Below are positions 45,414 to 52,860 of a stretch of DNA of 64,000 nucleotides, in pieces. The notes beneath the pieces were generated by a model that was not told the DNA's origin, did not search any database, and was given only the letters and a program-made list of their open reading frames with translations. Made by a program: the position numbers and the translations under genes. The stretch lies in sequence record NC_031010.1. The stretch is one strand, 5' to 3'. Every line of letters starts with the position of its first letter. Within the stretch, counting starts at the first letter, position 1.

Positions 45414-46244
45414 ATGCGAGTTTATGATTTACGCGACCAAACCACACACCGTGAGAAGGTGAACTTCAACGGAGCAACGACCATGATAGGCAGTGTCTAT
45501 CGGGCCGTCCAACACTTACTGGCGGGTAAGCTGGTGAGTTCGGAAGTGTTCCTTGTGGTCACCCGGGGTAACAACGCACAGATGATGTTCACCTGTGACC
45601 GTGATAACCGTTGTCTGTATATCCACGGTGTGACGCCTTTGGCGGACACGCCTTTTACAAATTGGAAGACACTGCTGAAGCACCTTGAGTGTGAGGTCGT
45701 GGATGTGACGTGTAACCCGCACGATTATGAACGGCACGACGATTGCAGGAAGATGGGGTTGGTCAATGTCAGTCAGCGCGTCAAGATAGCGGTGGCGCGT
45801 CAAGCACCCCTGCCGGAGATGGTGTACTGGCGATTGGATGAAATCAACCTCACGCAATCGGTCGAGCTTGGGCGCATTGCGCTGAACCGTTCGGGTAAGT
45901 TTGGTCAGTCCCTGCTTGAGGGCTTAGCCCTTGGCAATACCACCGGCGTTGTGGTACCCAATGATGCAGGCGACATCGTTGGGGCGCTGTTGTATGTTGA
46001 TGGCGAAAAGGAAATTCAATCGGAGGGCGTCATCATTAATGCGGCCGCAGGTACCCCTGTGTACGTGCAGTGGTTTATGTTATTGATGAATGCTTTTATA
46101 CGTGAAGCTAAGCGGTTACGTAAACCGGCTATCGCCTCCTTTGCTCCGGCAATCGATGTGAAAGTACCGATACCGCATGTTGAGACTACAGTTGTCACCG
46201 TCCACTTCGGTTTGGCTGGACGGGAGGCAGGCGCAGTCTTTTAG
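45414..46244 (+). CDS. probable degenerate tandem GNAT-fold protein
   Basis: GAGGTG SD; two-domain layout like 43550 (RKMGLVNV at mid-protein; GDIVGALLY). Motif A is eroded. Confidence 0.45.
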   Translation: MRVYDLRDQTTHREKVNFNGATTMIGSVYRAVQHLLAGKLVSSEVFLVVTRGNNAQMMFTCDRDNRCLYIHGVTPLADTPFTNWKTLLKHLECEVVDVTCNPHDYERHDDCRKMGLVNVSQRVKIAVARQAPLPEMVYWRLDEINLTQSVELGRIALNRSGKFGQSLLEGLALGNTTGVVVPNDAGDIVGALLYVDGEKEIQSEGVIINAAAGTPVYVQWFMLLMNAFIREAKRLRKPAIASFAPAIDVKVPIPHVETTVVTVHFGLAGREAGAVF

Positions 46245-46253
46245 GAGAGACTG

Positions 46254-46991
46254 ATGATTAATGATATCACCGAGCAGGTTCTGCGTGGTGAGGGCATCGA
46301 CCCTCAGTACGTGGATATGGTCAACGCGTGGCTCGCGCTGCCCGTTGAGCAGAAGACTGAAAAGCGTGTCTTCATTATCGCCAAAAACCGTTTGATGTTT
46401 ATGGTTATCGACCGGGAGTTCTTAGTGGGTACTGTACAACAGTACATTGCCCTTAATGACGGCCCGGCGGATATGACGATGCTACCGGCGTATTTAGGTT
46501 TGCGTGAGATTCACCTTTATACCCAACAGCCGTCACTCTATGAACCAGACGGATGGCGATTAAGCCGGGTTATCATGACGAAAGAAACCGGGTTCTCTAC
46601 CTCGTTTCCTGTTTCTGTTGAGACGAACGCAGTGCTCAGTGAAAACGAGTTATGGGATTTCTTAGTGCTGATGCGAGAACAAGGTCAGACGGAAGTGCTA
46701 AGAATGCTCGGCGAAGGTACGGCGTGTATCCATGTTTACCGTGATGGGTTAGAACGTGGGTTCATTGTAACAAACGTTGAGGGGCCACTGGGTCTCTTGG
46801 CAATGGTAGGCGAAGGTATACCGGCGTTCGACGCACTTATTCGGGCGTTTGACTATATTGCGGGTCAGCGGGGCTTTGGCACCGTCGCAGGCACTTACGG
46901 CAACCCCTTACTGGGTGTCGCTGCAGAAATTGGGTATGTACCCACACTCACCACTGTCATCCTGACAGACCATTTAACAGAGAAGGAGTAA
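46254..46991 (+). CDS. probable degenerate tandem GNAT-fold protein
   Basis: PDGWRLSRVIMT at mid-protein, ERGFIV and terminal AEIGYVPTLTTV. Confidence 0.45.
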   Translation: MINDITEQVLRGEGIDPQYVDMVNAWLALPVEQKTEKRVFIIAKNRLMFMVIDREFLVGTVQQYIALNDGPADMTMLPAYLGLREIHLYTQQPSLYEPDGWRLSRVIMTKETGFSTSFPVSVETNAVLSENELWDFLVLMREQGQTEVLRMLGEGTACIHVYRDGLERGFIVTNVEGPLGLLAMVGEGIPAFDALIRAFDYIAGQRGFGTVAGTYGNPLLGVAAEIGYVPTLTTVILTDHLTEKE

Positions 46992-46993
46992 TA

Positions 46994-47272
46994 ATGCAGA
47001 TCAATCGTCGTTTAGCAAAAAACAAAGACATCGTTTATGAAGTTAAAGACGGTAACGATGTCGCGTTCCACGGTTTAGTTGACGTCAACACGCGTCGCTT
47101 ACACATCGTGGTACCCGAAACTGTGACACGCGGTATTGAGCGCGCTGTGGTTAAGCTTGTTGCGAAAGCCAAGCATCGGGATGGGATTCTCAGTGAGTAC
47201 ACCACTCACGAGTTTTCTGAGTTTGTTGAAGAAGGCGGTGAAACGCTGATTAAGCAGGCAGTCGCTGTTTAA
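46994..47272 (+). CDS. minimal GNAT-like protein (92 aa)
   Basis: IVVPETVTRGIERAVVKLV parallels LYVVPESRRSGVARFLVKHV of the 28949 GNAT. Confidence 0.45.
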   Translation: MQINRRLAKNKDIVYEVKDGNDVAFHGLVDVNTRRLHIVVPETVTRGIERAVVKLVAKAKHRDGILSEYTTHEFSEFVEEGGETLIKQAVAV

Positions 47273-47305
47273 TTGTATGACCCTACAACTGTTCGAGGTT
47301 AGACC

Positions 47306-47764
47306 ATGAAAGTAATCGAACTTGAGCAGCTGCCACAGCATGACTTCGACCAAGGCCTCCGTGACCAAACGGGCGTCACTGGCGAACAATTCTGTTCGAC
47401 CTATAACGAAGTCATCACCGGTGAACCTCTGGACGACGAGCACATGTCGCGTTTTGAGAAATCACTGGTGGGGGCGCTGAACGAGCGTGCGGGTGCGGTT
47501 GCACTTCTGCACGAACTGGCCTTTTCGGATATCGATCCGTATAACGCAAGGCTGATTCTGGAAAAGGGTGTTGTCCCCGCGGATGAGATTCTTGACAAGG
47601 CAGCGGTATTGCGGGCCAACATCGACGAGCTTATCGAGGACTATCTGCCTCAGTTAGCCGAGCTCGAGGTTACTGGCGAAGGCGACAATGTCCGTCAACG
47701 CTTAGCCCGTTATGTCATCGCATCGATTCTGTTTGACGATCGCGAAGAAGAAAACGGCGACTGA
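47306..47764 (+). CDS. acidic helical protein (152 aa)
   Basis: GAGGT SD; about 34 D/E versus 13 K/R by hand count. Confidence 0.7.
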   Translation: MKVIELEQLPQHDFDQGLRDQTGVTGEQFCSTYNEVITGEPLDDEHMSRFEKSLVGALNERAGAVALLHELAFSDIDPYNARLILEKGVVPADEILDKAAVLRANIDELIEDYLPQLAELEVTGEGDNVRQRLARYVIASILFDDREEENGD

Positions 47765-47769
47765 GAATG

Positions 47770-47804
47770 ACCCCTTACCGCAAGGTAGGGGGTTTTCTTT
47801 TTTT
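47770..47804 (+). terminator. intrinsic terminator
   Basis: CCCCTTACC-GCAA-GGTAGGGG plus T tract. Confidence 0.85.
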
Positions 47805-47826
47805 ACACTGCACGTCCTCTTTATGT
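47797..47826 (+). promoter_or_regulatory. putative middle/late promoter TAC-N15-TATGT
   Basis: TAC ends at 47806, TATGT starts at 47822. Confidence 0.55.
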
Positions 47827-47854
47827 ACAACAACTGAAACGGAGTAATAACCCC

Positions 47855-48181
47855 ATGTGGTTAAGCGCTATCAATCGTGACCTCACGAAATATAAGAACA
47901 CCACCCTGTCTTCAACTGGCGACCAGGGTCAAGAAATCGAAGTTGGTCTGGGCTACGTCACTGGGATGGAAGAAGGCCAGTATGTGGTAGAAGACGACCA
48001 GCAGAACGAGTTTTTGCTGTTCCACCCTGAGGTGGACGTCTCTGAGATTAAGCCTCCGTGTGCGGTTGCGTCGTGGCAAGACCCGTCGAACAATGAATGG
48101 ATGTGGGCGGTTGCAGAAATCACCAGTCCGTCAACCTTCAAAATCGTGGGCAAGCATCATGTCGAACCTGAGCCGCATTGA
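47855..48181 (+). CDS. small beta-rich hypothetical protein
   Basis: GGAGTAAT SD. Confidence 0.7.
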   Translation: MWLSAINRDLTKYKNTTLSSTGDQGQEIEVGLGYVTGMEEGQYVVEDDQQNEFLLFHPEVDVSEIKPPCAVASWQDPSNNEWMWAVAEITSPSTFKIVGKHHVEPEPH

Positions 48182-48485
48182 GTTAGGGGCCGACTGTGAT
48201 GCAACGCTTCGTGCACGTATCGCAGCGTTTGGTCCGCCGTTAGGGCAATCGCTTGAGTGTCGTGGCTTCTACGCGGAGTGCATTGATTTCGACCGGGAGA
48301 ACATAACGTTCCGCCCGCGTGACAGCGGGGATGAGTTTACCTTGCCAACGTCGGTGTTCGCGTATATCCCCTGTGTTGGGGCCGTGACGTATATCGACCG
48401 GGTGCATCATCGGGTGCTGATTCATATCCCGGACAGTCCGTCCATCGTCGATGGCATCTCCGGCTTTTCTCGCGAACGCACATAA
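48159..48485 (+). CDS. small beta-rich hypothetical protein (start MSNLSRI)
   Basis: Overlapping start, ends at a terminator. Confidence 0.6.
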   Translation: MSNLSRIELGADCDATLRARIAAFGPPLGQSLECRGFYAECIDFDRENITFRPRDSGDEFTLPTSVFAYIPCVGAVTYIDRVHHRVLIHIPDSPSIVDGISGFSRERT

Positions 48486-48488
48486 CCT

Positions 48489-48529
48489 GACTCCCTACCC
48501 GCAAAGGTAGGGAGTCTGTATTTCATTTC
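48489..48529 (+). terminator. intrinsic terminator
   Basis: GACTCCCTACC/GGTAGGGAGTC 11-bp stem. Confidence 0.75.
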
Positions 48530-48550
48530 AGATAGATATTATTTTCACGA
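48530..48550 (+). promoter_or_regulatory. early promoter motif
   Basis: AGATAGATATTATTTTCACGA. Confidence 0.6.
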
Positions 48551-48578
48551 ACCCATCCTTTCACTCTTAGGAGTTAGC

Positions 48579-48842
48579 ATGTTTACTCGTTACAATGTCG
48601 TGGGCAAGAAAGGCTCACACCTTAAACTCGAAGAACGCTTAGGCGTTACTGAGAAACCGCGCGAATTAAAGACGCGGGAAATTGATATCCCCAACCACGC
48701 CTACAGCAAAGTGGCACTGGGTGATGTACTGGCACTTCCAACCGAACTTGACACCGGTTCTGAGGTGTGGGCAACCGCTGACATTCAGCACAGTCCCCAC
48801 GCCATGACCCGTCAGTTCCCGTTAATGCGTCGAGGTATGTAA
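48579..48842 (+). CDS. hypothetical protein (87 aa)
   Basis: TAGGAG SD, TAATG coupling to the next gene. Confidence 0.7.
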   Translation: MFTRYNVVGKKGSHLKLEERLGVTEKPRELKTREIDIPNHAYSKVALGDVLALPTELDTGSEVWATADIQHSPHAMTRQFPLMRRGM

Positions 48843-49312
48843 TGGACTTTGCAGTTGTTAGTACCGACACTATCGTTCGGATGAAGAAAGCTGCAGCCAT
48901 TACGTTGGCGACTGAACGACTCATCGACAAGAACATCGCAGCGCACTGTGAACTGTTAAACAAAGTTTCAGGTGTGGCGACCGTCTACTCCTGCGAGGGC
49001 CATCTAACCCAAGAAGACGGCTTGCCACGCCGGCCGTATATCATGATGGCCTGCACCCGTCAGGGTTTGCCTTTCGTGGAAGCTTTAATGAAAGCCGCGC
49101 TGGACGACCCTACCTACGCGGTCTGTCGTTGTGAAGTGACTTTGGCGGAACTGCCGTGGGTTGAAAACAGTCAGGGGTACGAGTATGAACCCCAAGACTT
49201 TTACTACGCGTGGATACTGCGGGGTGACACGTCAGACCACCACATGTTAATGAGTCAGATTCGCGAGCACTGGCTTGTTGCCATTAACAACACCATCAAA
49301 CAATTTTCATAA
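48842..49312 (+). CDS. TYW3-like (T-x-x-SC-x-GH) protein 1
   Basis: LIDKNIAAHCELLNKVSGVATVYSCEGH resembles the TYW3/Taw3 N-terminal ID...IN...TTSSCSGR. Confidence 0.5.
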   Translation: MDFAVVSTDTIVRMKKAAAITLATERLIDKNIAAHCELLNKVSGVATVYSCEGHLTQEDGLPRRPYIMMACTRQGLPFVEALMKAALDDPTYAVCRCEVTLAELPWVENSQGYEYEPQDFYYAWILRGDTSDHHMLMSQIREHWLVAINNTIKQFS

Positions 49313-49321
49313 GGACCGACG

Positions 49322-49774
49322 ATGTTTGCCAATACCACAGTCAGTGATGAGATGCTGGCCTTCTTCTCTTCCCGCACACAAGCGCAGTTAACGACCGGTG
49401 GTGTCATTGATATCCCGATGGTGCCTGTGATCGAAAGTCTTAACCAGTTACCACATGTCGCCACTGTGCTCTGCTGTGGCGGGCACATCCGTGTGGAGAA
49501 TGGCAAACGGCGTACACGAACGCCCCACCACGTGATGCTCGTGGTGGATGCAGTGGGTTATGCAACCTTAGAGCGCATTTACCGTCTCTGGCAGGAAACC
49601 GAATACGCAGACAATATCCATCTCTGTGTCTCCCGGTTATTGCACATGCGGGAAAGTGGCTTTAAAGGGTATTACCCAGTGTGGAAGTTTCAACTTAACC
49701 TGCGCCCTGAACCTGAAGTTATTGAGGGAATGTGCAAGGCGTGGGTGCGTATCGCTAATGCCTGTAAGGAATAA
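49322..49774 (+). CDS. TYW3-like protein 2
   Basis: VIDIPMVPVIESLNQLPHVATVLCCGGH. Confidence 0.5.
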   Translation: MFANTTVSDEMLAFFSSRTQAQLTTGGVIDIPMVPVIESLNQLPHVATVLCCGGHIRVENGKRRTRTPHHVMLVVDAVGYATLERIYRLWQETEYADNIHLCVSRLLHMRESGFKGYYPVWKFQLNLRPEPEVIEGMCKAWVRIANACKE

Positions 49775-49785
49775 TCCTCTGTATT

Positions 49786-49817
49786 GCTAGCCTCTGGGGC
49801 TAGCTTTCTTCTTTTTA
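49786..49817 (+). terminator. intrinsic terminator
   Basis: GCTAGCC/GGCTAGC plus T tract. Confidence 0.75.
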
Positions 49818-49882
49818 TTCGCAAAAATAATAGTCCCGTTTTTCACGTATTAGACGTTTCTAATGTAAGGAGAATATACGCA

Positions 49883-50506
49883 ATGGCAACCCCAAAGAAA
49901 CGTAATAAAAAGTACAACCGTGTGAAGTCCATGGACAACATCGCACTCAGCGCTGCACAGAACGCACTGAACCGTATCGCCTTCGTGGGCAGCTCTATCC
50001 GACCGCTTGCCCCTTATGGCGGGCGGTCTTTTCAATTAACATCAACCGGCAACATGCGTATCGCGGTGGCTGAGATTCTGACCTCGTCGCTGTTCGAAGA
50101 AGCACGGGATTGGCGGGCGTGGATTCTGCATCTGTATCAGGACGGTGAGGCGATTACTGCTGAGAGCATGCGCTTGCTGCTGCCGGAGTACACGCTGGCG
50201 GACTTCACCGAGCACGCTGACTTCCTTATCGAACAAACCCGCGATAAAGAACAGGTGCACTACGGCTATGCCATCTTTGCCTCCCCGACCGACAAGTTCG
50301 ATTTGGACGCCATGGATGAGGGACTCACGGAGAACTTCATGCACTCCGGTATCCTCGACAAGTCTCAGCACTTAACGCCTGAAGAGCACAAGGTGGATAA
50401 AGCTTTGATGCTGGCAAAGATTGTGGGTTATCAGACCAAGTTTGATGTCACCCGCAAACACAAAGTGGAGATGCCTGAAACCTACGTGAAAACCGGGGAG
50501 GAGTAA
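49883..50506 (+). CDS. hypothetical protein with basic N-terminus (207 aa)
   Basis: GTAAGGAG SD; MATPKKRNKKYN. Confidence 0.7.
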   Translation: MATPKKRNKKYNRVKSMDNIALSAAQNALNRIAFVGSSIRPLAPYGGRSFQLTSTGNMRIAVAEILTSSLFEEARDWRAWILHLYQDGEAITAESMRLLLPEYTLADFTEHADFLIEQTRDKEQVHYGYAIFASPTDKFDLDAMDEGLTENFMHSGILDKSQHLTPEEHKVDKALMLAKIVGYQTKFDVTRKHKVEMPETYVKTGEE

Positions 50507-50808
50507 TGGCGAACGCACGCGGATTATTGCGAGGGCCGAAATTCAGTGGACGCCACCAAACGATCATTGAAGAGGCCAAGACCCTGTTAGTATTCGCGAA
50601 AGACTGCGATGTGATTAAGAAAGTCGTGTTAGGTAAAATCAAACCTACGGGCGGTAAAGCCTCGGGATTGAAGTTTAAGTTAATGGAAACCTCGGTTGCG
50701 GTCGAGGTTATTTCACCCCGTCAATGGCAAGTCCTCTACTTTATCGGCAACCCGCCTGAAGTATTGGAAGTATTACAACACAATTACCCACAAGGATTAA
50801 TCTCATGA
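50506..50808 (+). CDS. DUF2103-like protein
   Basis: KFSGRHQTIIE...VVLGKI...Q.LY pattern recalls DUF2103. Confidence 0.45.
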   Translation: MANARGLLRGPKFSGRHQTIIEEAKTLLVFAKDCDVIKKVVLGKIKPTGGKASGLKFKLMETSVAVEVISPRQWQVLYFIGNPPEVLEVLQHNYPQGLIS

Positions 50809-51236
50809 AAATCAAAGTAATCAAAACGGAAGAAGTAAAACACATTGCCAATGGTATTCTGTTGGAGCGCCCACTGTCCGACTTCGCTAATCCTGACGAT
50901 CTTCAATCCGCGTTCCGTCGTCTGGTGCGGGGGCTGCTCTACTGCGAAAAAGGTGTGCCGGATACCTCTGGCATGAACGCCTTTGATGCACTGTTTCGTG
51001 TGAAAACCATCGAGCCCGACAGCGTCTGCGGTTCCATCGTTGACGCTGCAATTGACGTGGTGGATAACAAAGTTGTGGTGCGGGGCACCTTTGTCCCGGC
51101 GGGTCCATTAAAAGAGCTGGCGAAGGCTGCGATGGATATCCTCGATGAGCTGCCGCTGGTTCCGCGCTACGTGCTGGACTACGACGGCAAAATCGTATCG
51201 ATTGAGACGTGGGACCTGCTGGAACTGCAGGGATGA
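50805..51236 (+). CDS. prohead-protease-fold paralog, apparently catalytically dead (143 aa)
   Basis: GLLYCEKGVP, IEPDSVCGSI, GTFVPAGP, LVPR and IETWD follow the motif order of phiKZ gp175-type proteases, but GHP reads GVP and FSIR reads LVPR. Confidence 0.55.
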   Translation: MKIKVIKTEEVKHIANGILLERPLSDFANPDDLQSAFRRLVRGLLYCEKGVPDTSGMNAFDALFRVKTIEPDSVCGSIVDAAIDVVDNKVVVRGTFVPAGPLKELAKAAMDILDELPLVPRYVLDYDGKIVSIETWDLLELQG

Positions 51237-51436
51237 ATCCGCTTCAAATCTGGGGCGTAGTTGTCTACGCCATCTTCTCCTTTGTGATGGCGCTCGCATT
51301 GATGTCGCTTGCGCCACGCTATAAGCCGGGAAGATTACTCCCGATTGTTCTCTTCTACCTCGCCGTGATTGCGGTATTAACCGCCGGCGGGTATCTTTTT
51401 GGTTGGTATGTTTTAAGTGGATTAAAGGTGGATTAA
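51233..51436 (+). CDS. small 2-TM membrane protein (67 aa)
   Basis: ATGA and TAATG couplings; two hydrophobic helices. Confidence 0.7.
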   Translation: MNPLQIWGVVVYAIFSFVMALALMSLAPRYKPGRLLPIVLFYLAVIAVLTAGGYLFGWYVLSGLKVD

Positions 51437-52422
51437 TGCCGACGTATATTGCATTAACTGGCGGGTTGGATTCAACGTGGTGTTTGGTCAACGGTAAGAA
51501 GGCTGGAAACAGTCTGGAGCCTGTGGTGTTTAACATGGGCAACGGCATCAACGCGGTTATCATTGAGTATCTGTTGGGTCGTGAAATGGTACGTCGTCTC
51601 TGGAAGGATAAAAAAGGTGACGTGATGCCCCACCATGCGTGGGGTAAGCAAAAACTCGGCGGGTACATTTTCACTAACAACAATACGCCGACCATGCGCA
51701 TGATTCAACAGGGGCGGGTGGTCAATGGTCTGGCACGGGTTGCCTGCGATGATAGCCGTATACGTGACCCGATTCATTGTATCGTTGGCTGGCATCGTGA
51801 TGACGCGTTTGAGAACAACGGTGAGTACGGTGATTGGTCACTGGACGACTACAGTAAACTCAAGCAGTTGTTTGAATTGCAATGCTACTTTGCAGACACG
51901 GGTCGCCGTATTCAGCCGCTGGGCACCCCGGCTTGGGATAAGCCGAAGATTGACATGTGGAATGAGCTACCGGCCGACATCCGTCCGCTGGTGACTGTTC
52001 ACTGGCATAACCCGCTAAACATTTACTATTCTGACAAACGCAAAGAGCTGCTGATTTGCACCCAACCAAGATATTTCTCGCACAAGGTTAACGAGTATAT
52101 TGCGCTGGGTATTGACCCAACAGCCGCGTGGATATTCAAAGAAGATGAAAACCTCCTGCGTGAACTTTCTGCCCCGCTGTTTAAAGAGGATGTGTTACCG
52201 ATGGCCATTAAACACATGCTGAGTGTGGTGCCACCGGGCTCTGTCACGAATATGGAAAAAGTCCACATCGATGACAGCATCACTATTAATCAAACCTATT
52301 CGCATAGCCGCTGGAGTGTCGAAGGTGAATCAATCTTACAAGAGTTTAAAGAAGACTTTGAAGAGACTCATTACGCTGCTCTTCAAAAAGAAAAAGCCGG
52401 AACAGCCGAAGCGGACGCTTGA
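51436..52422 (+). CDS. QueC-like PP-loop (adenine nucleotide alpha-hydrolase) protein
   Basis: IALTGGLDST PP-loop and PAWDKPKIDMW (QueC P.x.K.EI equivalent); no C-terminal Zn-binding Cys cluster. Confidence 0.65.
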   Translation: MPTYIALTGGLDSTWCLVNGKKAGNSLEPVVFNMGNGINAVIIEYLLGREMVRRLWKDKKGDVMPHHAWGKQKLGGYIFTNNNTPTMRMIQQGRVVNGLARVACDDSRIRDPIHCIVGWHRDDAFENNGEYGDWSLDDYSKLKQLFELQCYFADTGRRIQPLGTPAWDKPKIDMWNELPADIRPLVTVHWHNPLNIYYSDKRKELLICTQPRYFSHKVNEYIALGIDPTAAWIFKEDENLLRELSAPLFKEDVLPMAIKHMLSVVPPGSVTNMEKVHIDDSITINQTYSHSRWSVEGESILQEFKEDFEETHYAALQKEKAGTAEADA

Positions 52423-52858
52423 CGACATCGTTCGTGAGTTGTTTGATTCGGAAGACCGGGATATCCCGGCTTTTGCCTCGGCCATGGGGATGTCGGTACC
52501 TGACCTGTACTTCGCCGTGAAAGACCCTTATCTGCGTGGTAACATCAAAGGCTTTGCAGGACAGGAAGCCAAGGTCATCATTAACGAACGGAACGATCGC
52601 CTCATCTTTGGTCGCAATGCCGTCCTCATCAGCATGCCTGATCGGGGCAACTTGCGTTTCGAGAACCTCGACGAGGGGATTGACCACCTTCGTCGCATGG
52701 CAAAACCGGATACGTTGCTTAAGATGTTCCCGCATGACATCAAAGAGCACACTGTGATGTTCTCGCTGACTGATGTGAAGGGCGACGCGGCTTTGGGCGT
52801 AATCTCGCAGCTCTCTAAAGCGCAGTTCGAGAAATTACTGGAAAGGTTCAAGGAGTAG
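52358..52858 (+). CDS. protein with HTH-like N-terminus
   Basis: Probable TTG start (MKRLITLLFKK); IPAFASAMGMSVPDLY. Start uncertain. Confidence 0.55.
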   Translation: MKRLITLLFKKKKPEQPKRTLDDIVRELFDSEDRDIPAFASAMGMSVPDLYFAVKDPYLRGNIKGFAGQEAKVIINERNDRLIFGRNAVLISMPDRGNLRFENLDEGIDHLRRMAKPDTLLKMFPHDIKEHTVMFSLTDVKGDAALGVISQLSKAQFEKLLERFKE

Positions 52859-52860
52859 CA

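Noticed and set aside
49784-49882. ORF-track N-terminal extensions (6098, 9633, 12678, 19248, 28898, 49784, 51403, 52223, 61024)
   Set aside because: They run through terminators, promoters or upstream genes; downstream starts have better SD or coupling.
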